Source: Escherichia coli
GTDB lineage: Bacteria > Pseudomonadota > Gammaproteobacteria > Enterobacterales > Enterobacteriaceae
DNA length: 64,000 nt
Assembly: GCF_002854065.1 (NCBI RefSeq)
Contig: NZ_CP024147.1
Direction: 5' to 3' (one strand)
A model generated the notes under the pieces. It was not told where the DNA came from and searched no databases. It saw only the letters and a program-made list of their open reading frames with translations. Below, one piece after another: positions 12,596 to 22,590 of the stretch. Both the position numbers and the translations under genes were made by a program. How positions within the stretch are numbered: position 1 is the first letter of the stretch; each line of letters opens with the position of its first letter.

Positions 12596-13477
12596 ATGGA
12601 TCTGACCCAACTGGAGATGTTCAACGCGGTTGCCGAAGCTGGCAGCATTACGCAGGCTGCAGCAATAGTGCATCGCGTGCCGTCGAATCTCACTACCCGT
12701 CTACGCCAGCTGGAAACAGAACTGGGGGTAGATCTGTTTATTCGCGAGAATCAGCGTTTACGTCTATCTCCTGCCGGGCATAACTTTTTACGCTATAGCC
12801 AACAAATTCTCGCGTTAGTGGATGAAGCGCGGAGCGTTGTCGCTGGCGATGAGCCGCAAGGTTTATTTTCTCTGGGTTCGCTGGAAAGCACCGCAGCAGT
12901 TCGCATTCCGGCCACGCTGGCGGAATTCAACCGTCGTTATCCCAAAATTCAGTTTTCACTTTCCACCGGCCCTTCCGGCACTATGCTGGAAGGTGTGCTG
13001 GAGGGAAAACTTAATGCGGCGTTTATTGATGGACCCATTAACCATACTGCCATTGACGGGATACCGGTATACCGCGAGGAGCTGATGATCGTCACGCCAC
13101 AAGGTCATGCGCCAGTAATCCGTGCCAGTCAGGTTAATGGCAGTAACATTTATGCCTTCCGCGCCAATTGTTCGTATCGTCGCCACTTCGAGAGCTGGTT
13201 TCATGCTGACGGTGCCGCTCCGGGAACTATCCATGAGATGGAGTCTTATCACGGAATGTTGGCCTGTGTGGTCGCAGGAGCAGGTATTGCGCTTATTCCG
13301 CGCTCTATGCTGGAAAGTATGCCGGGGCATCACCAGGTTGAAGCGTGGCCGTTAGCTGAGCAATGGCGTTGGCTAACAACCTGGCTGGTCTGGCGTCGTG
13401 GTGCGAAAACGCGTCCGCTCGAGGCATTTATTCAACTACTGGATGTGCCTGACTCGACAAAACAGGGTTACCAATGA
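12596..13477 (+). CDS. yneJ: LysR-family transcriptional regulator
   Basis: 293-aa ORF with N-terminal LysR HTH; divergent from sad with a 76-bp intergenic region carrying an ATTC-N9-GAAT dyad. Confidence 0.85.
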   Translation: MDLTQLEMFNAVAEAGSITQAAAIVHRVPSNLTTRLRQLETELGVDLFIRENQRLRLSPAGHNFLRYSQQILALVDEARSVVAGDEPQGLFSLGSLESTAAVRIPATLAEFNRRYPKIQFSLSTGPSGTMLEGVLEGKLNAAFIDGPINHTAIDGIPVYREELMIVTPQGHAPVIRASQVNGSNIYAFRANCSYRRHFESWFHADGAAPGTIHEMESYHGMLACVVAGAGIALIPRSMLESMPGHHQVEAWPLAEQWRWLTTWLVWRRGAKTRPLEAFIQLLDVPDSTKQGYQ

Positions 13478-13554
13478 GCTATTTTTGATAGTTCTTGCGG
13501 CTAATATGCTCTATATAGTGATGTTCCGATGACTTATGACTATATGGGGCAAAT

Positions 13555-14670
13555 ATGGTTACGCCAGTAAGCATCAGCAATTACATATCTCTTCCTGATG
13601 ATTTTCCCGTTCGTAATATTGCACCGCAGGTAAAAGAAGTTTTAAAGGATTTTATTGATGCACTTAGTACAATAATATGTAATGAAGAGTGGCGCACGTC
13701 TTTAAACATCAACTCAGCCACAAAAAAGATATTTAATAACCTTGACAACTTATCATATATTCAGAGGACTTCTTTTCGGGGTAACGACACGCTATACAAT
13801 GAAAAGGTTCAGTTTAAACTCACTTATCCCGCCAGGAATGGAAGACACAAAGAAAATATTGAATTTCAGGTAGTAATAAATTTAAGTCCTATTTATTTAG
13901 ATAATTTCCGCCATGATGGAGAAATTAATATTTTTTGCGCTCCCAACCCAAAGCCTGTCACTATGGGGCGCGTATTTCAGACCGGCGTCGAGCGTGTGCT
14001 CTTTCTGTTTCTGAATGATTTTATTGAACAATTTCCAATGATAAACCCTGGCGTTCCCATCAAAAGAGCGCATACACCACATATTGAACCCCTGCCTCCG
14101 GATCACCATACCGCTGCAGATTACTTACGCCAGTTTGATTTGCTTGTCCTGAATTTTATCTCTCGCGGTAATTTTGTTATACTCCCCCGATTATGGAATA
14201 ACTCTGAGGTTCACAGATGGTTCGTCAATAAAGATCCTAACTTGATCACCGCCATTCTCGACATAACGGACAGCGAATTAAAAGAGGATTTATTGCAAAG
14301 CCTGATGGATTCATTAGGTTCTAACAAACATGTACTACCCGAAGTCTGCATCTGCTTTTTATCCCTTTTAGCAGAACAAGAATCTCCTCATTTTCAGGAC
14401 TTGTTTTTATTTTTCGCCAGTATGTTATTGCACTATCACCAATTTATGAATCCCAATGAAAGTGATTTGAATAACGTGTTGATGCCAGCATCATTAAGTG
14501 ATGATAAAATTATCAAACATATGGCGCGCAAGACCCTCAAACTTTTTGTAAAAAATAAAACACCGCCAAAAGTTACTCATGAAGACCTGGTGAAAAACAG
14601 GCCTCGCTCCCCTGTCAGACCACCTATACCCGCAACCTCCAAAACGCCAGACATTCCTGATCGTCATTAA
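13555..14670 (+). CDS. yneK: uncharacterized protein, AT-rich gene
   Basis: 371-aa ORF; noticeably lower G+C than neighbours. Confidence 0.7.
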   Translation: MVTPVSISNYISLPDDFPVRNIAPQVKEVLKDFIDALSTIICNEEWRTSLNINSATKKIFNNLDNLSYIQRTSFRGNDTLYNEKVQFKLTYPARNGRHKENIEFQVVINLSPIYLDNFRHDGEINIFCAPNPKPVTMGRVFQTGVERVLFLFLNDFIEQFPMINPGVPIKRAHTPHIEPLPPDHHTAADYLRQFDLLVLNFISRGNFVILPRLWNNSEVHRWFVNKDPNLITAILDITDSELKEDLLQSLMDSLGSNKHVLPEVCICFLSLLAEQESPHFQDLFLFFASMLLHYHQFMNPNESDLNNVLMPASLSDDKIIKHMARKTLKLFVKNKTPPKVTHEDLVKNRPRSPVRPPIPATSKTPDIPDRH

Positions 14671-14820
14671 ACCGTGATGTTTACCGTCTCTCTGACGCGT
14701 GAAAGAATCAGCGTCAGAGAAACGGAAAACGCGATCCAGATCACAAATGCATTGTATTCACATCATTAACCGTTTTAAGATCATTTCATCACTTTTTCGC
14801 AACTCACCCGATAATCTGTT

Positions 14821-16011
14821 ATGACAACAAACACTGTTTCCCGCAAAGTGGCGTGGCTACGGGTCGTTACGCTGGCAGTCGCCGCCTTCATCTTCAACAC
14901 CACCGAATTTGTCCCTGTTGGCCTACTCTCTGACATTGCGCAAAGTTTTCACATGCAAACCGCTCAGGTCGGCATTATGTTGACCATTTACGCATGGGTA
15001 GTAGCGCTAATGTCATTGCCTTTTATGCTAATGACCAGCCAGGTTGAACGGCGCAAATTACTGATCTGCCTGTTTGTGGTGTTTATTGCCAGCCACGTAC
15101 TGTCGTTTTTATCGTGGAGCTTTACCGTTCTGGTGATCAGTCGCATTGGTGTGGCTTTTGCACATGCGATTTTCTGGTCGATTACGGCGTCCCTGGCGAT
15201 CCGTATGGCTCCGGCCGGGAAGCGAGCACAGGCATTGAGTTTAATTGCCACAGGTACAGCACTGGCAATGGTATTAGGATTACCTCTCGGGCGCATTGTG
15301 GGGCAGTATTTCGGTTGGCGAATGACCTTCTTCGCGATTGGTATCGGGGCGCTTGTTACCCTTTTGTGCCTGATTAAGTTACTTCCCTTACTGCCCAGTG
15401 AGCATTCCGGTTCATTGAAAAGCCTCCCGCTATTGTTCCGCCGCCCGGCATTGATGAGCATTTATTTGTTAACTGTGGTGGTTGTCACCGCCCATTACAC
15501 GGCATACAGCTATATTGAGCCTTTTGTGCAAAACATTGCGGGATTCAGCGCCAACTTTGCCACGGCATTACTGTTATTACTCGGTGGTGCGGGCATTATT
15601 GGCAGCGTGATTTTCGGGAAACTGGGTAATCAGTATGCGTCTGCGTTGGTGAGTACGGCGATTGCGCTGTTGCTGGTGTGTCTGGCACTGCTGCTACCTG
15701 CGGCGAACAGTGAAATACACCTCGGGGTGCTGAGTATTTTCTGGGGGATCGCGATGATGATCATCGGGCTTGGTATGCAGGTTAAAGTGCTGGCGCTGGC
15801 ACCAGATGCCACCGACGTCGCGATGGCGCTATTCTCCGGGATATTTAATATTGGAATCGGGGCGGGTGCGTTGGTAGGTAATCAGGTGAGTCTGCACTGG
15901 TCAATGTCGATGATTGGTTATGTGGGCGCGGTGCCTGCTTTTGCCGCGTTAATATGGTCAATCATTATATTTCGCCGCTGGCCAGTGACACTCGAAGAAC
16001 AGACGCAATAG
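14821..16011 (+). CDS. ydeA: MFS sugar efflux transporter
   Basis: 396-aa ORF with ~12 predicted TM helices. Confidence 0.85.
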   Translation: MTTNTVSRKVAWLRVVTLAVAAFIFNTTEFVPVGLLSDIAQSFHMQTAQVGIMLTIYAWVVALMSLPFMLMTSQVERRKLLICLFVVFIASHVLSFLSWSFTVLVISRIGVAFAHAIFWSITASLAIRMAPAGKRAQALSLIATGTALAMVLGLPLGRIVGQYFGWRMTFFAIGIGALVTLLCLIKLLPLLPSEHSGSLKSLPLLFRRPALMSIYLLTVVVVTAHYTAYSYIEPFVQNIAGFSANFATALLLLLGGAGIIGSVIFGKLGNQYASALVSTAIALLLVCLALLLPAANSEIHLGVLSIFWGIAMMIIGLGMQVKVLALAPDATDVAMALFSGIFNIGIGAGALVGNQVSLHWSMSMIGYVGAVPAFAALIWSIIIFRRWPVTLEEQTQ

Positions 16012-16012
16012 T

Positions 16013-16040
16013 TGAAAGGCCCATTCGGGCCTTTTTTAAT
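16013..16040. terminator. bidirectional intrinsic terminator between convergent ydeA and marC
   Basis: AAAGGCCCATTCGGGCCTTTTTT: GC stem flanked by an A-run and a T-run. Confidence 0.7.
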
Positions 16041-16701
16041 GGTACGTTTTAATGATTTCCAGGATGCCGTTAATAATAAACTGCACACCCATACATACCA
16101 GCAGGAACCCCATCAGGCGGGAGATCGCTTCAATGCCACCCTTGCCCACCAGCCGCATAATTGCGCCAGAGCTGCGTAGACTTCCCCACAAAATAACCGC
16201 CACCAGGAAAAAGATCAGCGGCGGCGCAACCATCAGTACCCAATCAGCGAAGGTTGAACTCTGACGCACTGTGGACGCCGAGCTAATAATCATCGCAATG
16301 GTTCCCGGACCGGCGGTACTTGGCATTGCCAGTGGTACAAAAGCAATATTGGCGCTGGGTTCATCTTCCAGCTCTTCCGACTTGCTTTTCGCTTCCGGTG
16401 AATCAATCGCTTTCTGTTGCGGAAAGAGCATCCGAAAACCGATAAACGCGACGATTAAGCCGCCTGCAATTCGCAGACCGGGAATCGAAATGCCAAATGT
16501 ATCCATCACCAGTTGCCCGGCGTAATACGCCACCATCATGATGGCAAATACGTACACCGAGGCCATCAACGACTGACGATTACGTTCGGCACTGTTCATG
16601 TTGCCTGCCAGGCCAAGAAATAACGCGACAGTTGTTAATGGGTTAGCTAACGGCAGTAACACCACCAGCCCCAGGCCAATTGCTTTAAACAAATCTAACA
16701 T
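16036..16701 (-). CDS. marC: MarC-family inner membrane protein
   Basis: 221-aa membrane ORF divergent from marRAB. Confidence 0.9.
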   Translation of the reverse strand: MLDLFKAIGLGLVVLLPLANPLTTVALFLGLAGNMNSAERNRQSLMASVYVFAIMMVAYYAGQLVMDTFGISIPGLRIAGGLIVAFIGFRMLFPQQKAIDSPEAKSKSEELEDEPSANIAFVPLAMPSTAGPGTIAMIISSASTVRQSSTFADWVLMVAPPLIFFLVAVILWGSLRSSGAIMRLVGKGGIEAISRLMGFLLVCMGVQFIINGILEIIKTYH

Positions 16702-16814
16702 TGGTGGTTGTTATCCTGTGTATCTGGGTTATCAGCGAAAAGTATAAGGGGTAAACAAGGATAAAGTGTCACTCTTTAGCTAACCTTGCATCGCATTGAC
16801 CAAAACTTGAACCG

Positions 16815-16910
16815 ATTTAGCAAAACGTGGCATCGGTCAATTCATTCATTTGACTTATACTTGCCTGGGCAATATTATCATCTGCAACTAATTACTTGCC
16901 AGGGCAACTA
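16815..16910 (+). promoter_or_regulatory. marO: marRAB promoter/operator: marbox-like site (ATTTAGCAAAACGTGGCATC, ~16815-16834), -35 TTGACT (16850-16855), -10 TATTAT (16873-16878, 17-bp spacing), and two TTGCC-N-GGCAA-type palindromes (MarR operator sites) overlapping the -35/-10 and the RBS
   Basis: Hexamers and palindromes TTGCCTGGGCAA / TTGCCAGGGCAA read directly from the sequence; assignment by established mar locus architecture. Confidence 0.75.
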
Positions 16911-16912
16911 AT

Positions 16913-17347
16913 GTGAAAAGTACCAGCGATCTGTTCAATGAAATTATTCCATTGGGTCGCTTAATCCATATGGTTAATCAGAAGAAAGATCGTCTGCTTA
17001 ACGAGTATCTGTCTCCGCTGGATATTACTGCGGCACAGTTTAAGGTGCTCTGCTCTATCCGCTGCGCGGCGTGTATTACTCCGGTTGAACTGAAAAAAGT
17101 GTTGTCGGTCGACCTGGGAGCACTGACCCGTATGCTGGATCGCCTGGTCTGTAAAGGCTGGGTGGAAAGGTTGCCGAACCCGAATGATAAGCGCGGCGTA
17201 CTGGTAAAACTTACCACCAGCGGCGCGGCAATATGTGAACAATGCCATCAATTAGTTGGCCAGGACCTGCATCAAGAATTAACAAAAAACCTGACGGCGG
17301 ACGAAGTGGCAACACTTGAGCATTTGCTTAAGAAAGTCCTGCCGTAA
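16913..17347 (+). CDS. marR: multiple antibiotic resistance repressor (MarR family)
   Basis: 144-aa ORF with GTG start and winged-helix MarR fold. Confidence 0.95.
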   Translation: MKSTSDLFNEIIPLGRLIHMVNQKKDRLLNEYLSPLDITAAQFKVLCSIRCAACITPVELKKVLSVDLGALTRMLDRLVCKGWVERLPNPNDKRGVLVKLTTSGAAICEQCHQLVGQDLHQELTKNLTADEVATLEHLLKKVLP

Positions 17348-17367
17348 ACAAAAAATGAGGTATGACG

Positions 17368-17751
17368 ATGTCCAGACGCAATACTGACGCTATTACCATT
17401 CATAGCATTTTGGACTGGATCGAGGACAACCTGGAATCGCCACTGTCACTGGAGAAAGTGTCAGAGCGTTCGGGTTACTCCAAATGGCACCTGCAACGGA
17501 TGTTTAAAAAAGAAACCGGTCATTCATTAGGCCAATACATCCGCAGCCGTAAGATGACGGAAATCGCGCAAAAGCTGAAGGAAAGTAACGAGCCGATACT
17601 CTATCTGGCAGAACGATATGGCTTCGAGTCGCAACAAACTCTGACCCGAACCTTCAAAAATTACTTTGATGTTCCGCCGCATAAATACCGGATGACCAAT
17701 ATGCAGGGCGAATCGCGCTTTTTACATCCATTAAACCATTACAACAGCTAG
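17368..17751 (+). CDS. marA: AraC/XylS-family transcriptional activator
   Basis: ~127 aa from the ATG at 17368 (ORF track starts 2 codons earlier at 17362); two HTH motifs. Confidence 0.95.
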
Positions 17752-17782
17752 TTGAAAACGTGACAACGTCACTGAGGCAATT

Positions 17783-18001
17783 ATGAAACCGCTTTTATCC
17801 GCAATAGCAGCTGCGCTTATTCTCTTTTCCGCGCAGGGCATTGCGGAACAAACCCAGCAACCGCTCGTTACTTCCTGTGGCGATGTGGTGGTTGTTCCCC
17901 CATCGCAGGAACAACCACCGTTCGATTTAAATCACATGGGTACAGGCAGTGACAAATCGGATGCGCTGGGCGTGCCCTATTATAACCAACAAGCCATGTA
18001 G
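17783..18001 (+). CDS. marB: small periplasmic protein MarB
   Basis: 72-aa ORF with signal peptide, immediately after marA. Confidence 0.9.
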   Translation: MKPLLSAIAAALILFSAQGIAEQTQQPLVTSCGDVVVVPPSQEQPPFDLNHMGTGSDKSDALGVPYYNQQAM

Positions 18002-18031
18002 TATATTCAGGCCCCGGCATATCGGGGCTTG

Positions 18032-18931
18032 TTAACCTCTTACCTTCACCGCTTTACGCCACTGCAAACCAAATACATTGATATACAGTCCGGCCATAAT
18101 GAGCACAGCCCCTAAGAATTGCAGACCTGTTAAGCGTTCATCCAGCAGTAACGCTGCACTTGCCAGACCGACTACTGGCACCAGTAATGATAATGGTGCG
18201 ACACGCCATGTTTCATAGCGTCCAAGCAGCGTACCCCAAATCCCGTAGCCAACTATCGTCGCTACAAATGCCAGATACATCAACGCCAGAATGGTGGTCA
18301 TGTCGATAGTGACCAGACTGTGAATCATTTTTCCGGAGCCATCGAGAATGAGCGAGGCGACAAAAAACGGAATTATTGGGATTAATGCGCTCCAGACGAC
18401 CAGAGACATTACCGCCGGACGGGATGAATGAGACATGATCTTTTTATTGAAGATGTTGCCACACGCCCAACTAAATGCTGCCGCCAGGGTCAACATAAAG
18501 CCGAGCATCGCCACATGCTGACCGTTCAGACTATCTTCGATTAACACCAGTACGCCAAAAATCGCTAACGCAATCCCCGCCAGTTGCTTACCGTGCAGCC
18601 GTTCGCCAAAAGTAAAAGCACCGAGCACGATAGTAAAAAACGCCTGAGCCTGTAACACCAGCGAAGCCAGTCCAGCAGGCATACCAAAGTTAATGGCGCA
18701 GAAGAGAAAGGCAAACTGTGCAAAACTGATGGTTAATCCATACCCCAGCAGCAAATTCAGTGGTACTTTCGGTCGTGCGACAAAAAAGATGGCCGGAAAA
18801 GCGACCAGCATAAAGCGCAAACCGGCCAGCATCAGCGGTGGCATGTTATGAAGCCCCACTTTGATGACCACAAAATTTAGCCCCCATACGACCACTACCA
18901 GTAGCGCCAACACCCCATCTTTTCGCGACAT
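18032..18931 (-). CDS. eamA: O-acetylserine/cysteine exporter (DMT superfamily)
   Basis: ~299 aa from the ATG at 18931; 10-TM EamA-like duplication. Confidence 0.85.
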   Translation of the reverse strand: MSRKDGVLALLVVVVWGLNFVVIKVGLHNMPPLMLAGLRFMLVAFPAIFFVARPKVPLNLLLGYGLTISFAQFAFLFCAINFGMPAGLASLVLQAQAFFTIVLGAFTFGERLHGKQLAGIALAIFGVLVLIEDSLNGQHVAMLGFMLTLAAAFSWACGNIFNKKIMSHSSRPAVMSLVVWSALIPIIPFFVASLILDGSGKMIHSLVTIDMTTILALMYLAFVATIVGYGIWGTLLGRYETWRVAPLSLLVPVVGLASAALLLDERLTGLQFLGAVLIMAGLYINVFGLQWRKAVKVRG

Positions 18932-19125
18932 TCTACCGCCTCTGAATTTCATCTTTTGTAAGCAATCAACTTAGCTGAATTTACTTTTCTTTAACAGTTG
19001 ATTCGTTAGTCGCCGGTTACGACGGCATTAATGCGCAAATAAGTCGCTATACTTCGGATTTTTGCCATGCTATTTCTTTACATCTCTAAAACAAAACATA
19101 ACGAAACGCACTGCCGGACAGACAA

Positions 19126-20337
19126 ATGAACTTATCCCTACGACGCTCTACCAGCGCCCTTCTTGCCTCGTCGTTGTTATTAACCATCGGACGCGGCGCT
19201 ACGCTGCCGTTTATGACCATTTACTTGAGTCGCCAGTACAGCCTGAGTGTCGATCTAATCGGTTATGCGATGACAATTGCGCTCACTATTGGCGTCGTTT
19301 TTAGCCTCGGTTTTGGTATCCTGGCGGATAAGTTCGACAAGAAACGCTATATGTTACTGGCAATTACCGCCTTCGCCAGCGGTTTTATTGCCATTCCTTT
19401 AGTGAATAACGTAGTGAATAACGTAGTGAATAACGTGACGCTGGTGGTGCTATTTTTTGCCCTTATTAACTGCGCCTATTCCGTTTTTGCTACCGTGCTG
19501 AAAGCCTGGTTTGCCGACAATCTTTCGTCCACCAGCAAAACGAAAATCTTCTCAATCAACTACACCATGCTCAACATTGGCTGGACCATCGGTCCGCCGC
19601 TCGGCACGCTGTTGGTGATGCAGAGCATCAATCTGCCCTTCTGGCTGGCAGCTATCTGTTCCGCGTTTCCCATGCTTTTCATTCAAATTTGGGTAAAGCG
19701 CAGCGAGAAAATCATCGCCACGGAAACAGGCAGTGTCTGGTCGCCGAAAGTTTTATTACAAGATAAAGCACTGTTGTGGTTTACCTGCTCTGGCTTTCTA
19801 GCTTCTTTTGTTAGCGGCGCATTTGCTTCATGCATTTCACAATATGTGATGGTGATTGCTGATGGGGATTTTGCCGAAAAGGTGGTCGCGGTTGTTCTTC
19901 CGGTGAATGCTGCCATGGTGGTTACGTTGCAATATTCCGTGGGCCGCCGACTTAACCCGGCTAACATCCGCGCGCTGATGACAGCAGGCACCCTCTGTTT
20001 CGTCATCGGTCTGGTCGGTTTTATTTTTTCCGGCAACAGCCTGCTATTGTGGGGTATGTCAGCTGCGGTATTTACTGTCGGTGAAATCATTTATGCGCCG
20101 GGCGAGTATATGTTGATTGACCATATTGCGCCGCCAGGAATGAAAGCCAGCTATTTTTCTGCCCAGTCTTTAGGCTGGCTTGGTGCCGCGATTAACCCAT
20201 TAGTGAGCGGCGTAGTGCTAACCAGCCTGCCGCCTTCCTCGCTGTTTATCATCTTAGCGTTGGTGATCATTGCTGCGTGGGTGCTGATGTTAAAAGGGAT
20301 TCGTGCAAAACCGTGGGGGCAGCCCGCGCTTTGTTGA
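19126..20337 (+). CDS. ydeE: MFS transporter
   Basis: 403-aa polytopic ORF; contains an in-frame 12-bp x3 tandem repeat (see repeat feature). Confidence 0.85.
   Translation: MNLSLRRSTSALLASSLLLTIGRGATLPFMTIYLSRQYSLSVDLIGYAMTIALTIGVVFSLGFGILADKFDKKRYMLLAITAFASGFIAIPLVNNVVNNVVNNVTLVVLFFALINCAYSVFATVLKAWFADNLSSTSKTKIFSINYTMLNIGWTIGPPLGTLLVMQSINLPFWLAAICSAFPMLFIQIWVKRSEKIIATETGSVWSPKVLLQDKALLWFTCSGFLASFVSGAFASCISQYVMVIADGDFAEKVVAVVLPVNAAMVVTLQYSVGRRLNPANIRALMTAGTLCFVIGLVGFIFSGNSLLLWGMSAAVFTVGEIIYAPGEYMLIDHIAPPGMKASYFSAQSLGWLGAAINPLVSGVVLTSLPPSSLFIILALVIIAAWVLMLKGIRAKPWGQPALC
19402..19437 (+). repeat. in-frame tandem repeat, 3 copies of a 12-bp unit (GTGAATAACGTA; third copy ends GTG) encoding VNNV x3 within ydeE
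   Basis: Direct reading of 19402-19437; repeat is in the ydeE reading frame. Confidence 0.9.
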
Positions 20338-20463
20338 TTTAAGTCGAACACAATAAAAATTTAATTCAGCCTTCGTTTAGGTTACCTCTGCTAATATCTT
20401 TCTCATTGAGATGAAAATTAAGGTAAGCGAGGAAACACACCACACCATAAACGGAGGCAAATA

Positions 20464-20559
20464 ATGCTGGGTAATATGAATGTTTTTATGGCAGTACTGG
20501 GAATAATTTTATTTTCTGGTTTTCTGGCCGCGTATTTCAGCCACAAATGGGATGACTAA
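20464..20559 (+). CDS. mgtS: 31-aa small inner-membrane protein (MgtS/YneM-type)
   Basis: ATG CTG GGT AAT ... GAT GAC TAA translates to MLGNMNVFMAVLGIILFSGFLAAYFSHKWDD; too short for the ORF track. Confidence 0.8.
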   Translation: MLGNMNVFMAVLGIILFSGFLAAYFSHKWDD

Positions 20560-20586
20560 TGAACGGAGATAATCCCTCACCTAACC

Positions 20587-20625
20587 GGCCCCTTGTTACA
20601 GTTGTGTACAAGGGGCCTGATTTTT
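20587..20625 (+). terminator. intrinsic terminator after mgtS
   Basis: Stem GGCCCCTTGT/ACAAGGGGCC followed by TGATTTTT. Confidence 0.7.
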
Positions 20626-20635
20626 ATGACGGCGA

Positions 20636-20738
20636 AAAAAAACCGCCAGTAAACCGGCGGTGAATGCTTGCATGGATAGATTTGTGTTTTGCTTTTACGC
20701 TAACAGGCATTTTCCTGCACTGATAACGGATCGTTGAC
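20636..20738 (-). ncRNA. mgrR: candidate PhoP-dependent small RNA (MgrR-like), ~100 nt; ends approximate
   Basis: Minus-strand intrinsic terminator at 20635-20662 (CCGCCGGTTTACTGGCGG then U8) lies ~100 nt downstream of a PhoP-box-like direct repeat at 20768-20784; no ORF; location between mgtS and dgcZ matches the known mgrR locus. Ends are inferred, not mapped. Confidence 0.5.
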
Positions 20739-20767
20739 ACAGTAGCATCAGTTTTCTCAATGAATGT

Positions 20768-20784
20768 TAAACGGAGCTTAAACT
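20768..20784 (-). promoter_or_regulatory. PhoP-box-like direct repeat (aGTTTA-N5-cGTTTA) on the minus strand, overlapping the dgcZ stop codon
   Basis: Minus-strand reading of 20784-20768 is AGTTTAAGCTCCGTTTA. Confidence 0.55.
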
Positions 20785-21668
20785 CGGTTAATCACATTTT
20801 GTTCGTCAATAAACATGCAGCGATTTCTTCCGGTTTGCTTACCCTCATACATTGCCCGGTCTGCTCTTCCAATGACCACATCCAGAGGCTCTTCAGGAAA
20901 TGCGCGACTGACACCTGCTGTCACGGTAATGTTGATATGCCCTTCGGAATGTGTGATGGCATGGTTATCGACTAACTGGCAAATTCTGACACCTGCACGA
21001 CATGCTTCTTCATCATTAGCCGCTTTAACAATAATGATAAATTCTTCCCCCCCGTAGCGATAAACCGTTTCGTAATCACGCGTCCAACTGGCTAAGTAAG
21101 TTGCCAGGGTGCGTAATACTACATCGCCGATTAAATGCCCGTAGGTATCATTAACCAATTTAAATCGGTCAATATCCAACAACATTAAATAAAGATTCAG
21201 AGGCTCAGCGTTGCGTAACTGATGATCAAAGGATTCATCAAGAACCCGGCGCCCCGGCAATCCCGTCAAAACATCCATATTGCTACGGATCGTCAGTAAA
21301 TAAATTTTGTAATCGGTTAATGCCGCAGTAAAAGAAAGTAACCCTTCCTGAAAAGCGGCGAAATGCGCGTCCTGCCAGTGATTTTCAACAATAGTCAGCA
21401 TTAATTCCCGACCACAGTTATGCATATGTTGATGGGCAGAATCCATTAGCCGAACGTAAGGTAATTCATCGTTATCGAGTGGCCCCAGATGATCAATCCA
21501 CCGACCAAACTGGCACAGTCCATAAGAATGGTTATCCGTTATTTCTGGCTTACTGGCATCTCTCGCGACCACGCTGTGAAACATACTCACCAGCCACTGG
21601 TAGTGGGCATCGATAGCCTTATTGAGATTTAACAAGATGGCATCAATTTCCGTTGTCTTCTTGATCAT
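20778..21668 (-). CDS. dgcZ: zinc-sensing diguanylate cyclase (CZB + GGDEF)
   Basis: ~296 aa from the ATG at 21668; GGEEF motif (RYGGEEF). Confidence 0.9.
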   Translation of the reverse strand: MIKKTTEIDAILLNLNKAIDAHYQWLVSMFHSVVARDASKPEITDNHSYGLCQFGRWIDHLGPLDNDELPYVRLMDSAHQHMHNCGRELMLTIVENHWQDAHFAAFQEGLLSFTAALTDYKIYLLTIRSNMDVLTGLPGRRVLDESFDHQLRNAEPLNLYLMLLDIDRFKLVNDTYGHLIGDVVLRTLATYLASWTRDYETVYRYGGEEFIIIVKAANDEEACRAGVRICQLVDNHAITHSEGHINITVTAGVSRAFPEEPLDVVIGRADRAMYEGKQTGRNRCMFIDEQNVINRV

Positions 21669-21922
21669 TGCCACTCCTTTTTCACAGTTCCTTGTGCGCG
21701 CTATTCTAACGAGAGAAAAGCAAAATTACGTCAATATTTTCATAGAAATCCGAAGTTATGATTCATCTCTGAGATAACATTGTGATTTAAAACAAAATCA
21801 GCGGATAAAAAATTGTTTAATTCTGTAAATTACCTCTGCATTATCGCAAATGAAAGGATGACAAATAGCATAACCCAGTACCCAAATGGCCCGGTAGTTC
21901 AGGCCATCAGGCTAATTTATTT

Positions 21923-22315
21923 TTATTTCTGCAAATGAGTGACCCGAACGACGGCCGGCGCGCTTTTCTTATCCAGACTGCCGCTAATGTTGATCATCTG
22001 GTCCGGCTGAACTTCTCGACCATCAAAAACGGCCGCAGGAATAACAACATTAATTTCACCGCTCTTATCGCGAAAAACGTAACGGTCATCTCCTTTGTGA
22101 GAAATCAAATTACCGCGTAGTGAAACCGAAGCGCCATCGTGCATGGTTTTTGCGAAATCAACGGTCATTTTTTTTGCATCATCGGTTCCGCGATAGCCAT
22201 CTTCTATTGCATGAGGCGGCGGTGGCGCTGCATCCTGTTTTAAACCGCCCTGGTCATCTGCCAACGCATAAGGCATGACAAGAAAACTTGCTAATACAAT
22301 GGCCTGAAATTTCAT
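21923..22315 (-). CDS. ydeI: periplasmic OB-fold (BOF/YgiW-family) stress protein
   Basis: 130-aa ORF with signal peptide [19 protein letters not shown]. Confidence 0.85.
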   Translation of the reverse strand: MKFQAIVLASFLVMPYALADDQGGLKQDAAPPPPHAIEDGYRGTDDAKKMTVDFAKTMHDGASVSLRGNLISHKGDDRYVFRDKSGEINVVIPAAVFDGREVQPDQMINISGSLDKKSAPAVVRVTHLQK

Positions 22316-22590
22316 ACTAACTCCTTAATTGCGTTTGGTTTGACTTATTAAGTCTGGTTGCTATTTTTATAATTGCCAAATAAGAATGCTGCCAATTGTT
22401 ATAAGGCATTTAAAATCAGCCAACTAGCTGTCAAATATTCAGAGAATTTAACTCACTAAAGTTAAGAAGATTGAAGAGTCTTAAACATATTTTCAGAATA
22501 ATCGGATTTATATGTTTGAAAATTATTATATTGGACGAGCATACAGAAAAAGCAAATCACCTTTACATATTAAAGCGTGGACAAAAAACA

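Noticed and set aside
19402-19437. Possible CRISPR-like or other repeat array
   Set aside because: Only three 12-bp in-frame units inside a transporter gene with no spacers; no CRISPR-like repeat-spacer structure anywhere in the window.
20340-20463. PhoP box upstream of the 31-aa mgtS ORF
   Set aside because: Only a single GTTTA half-site-like motif (near 20373) without a properly spaced second repeat; not supportable from sequence alone.
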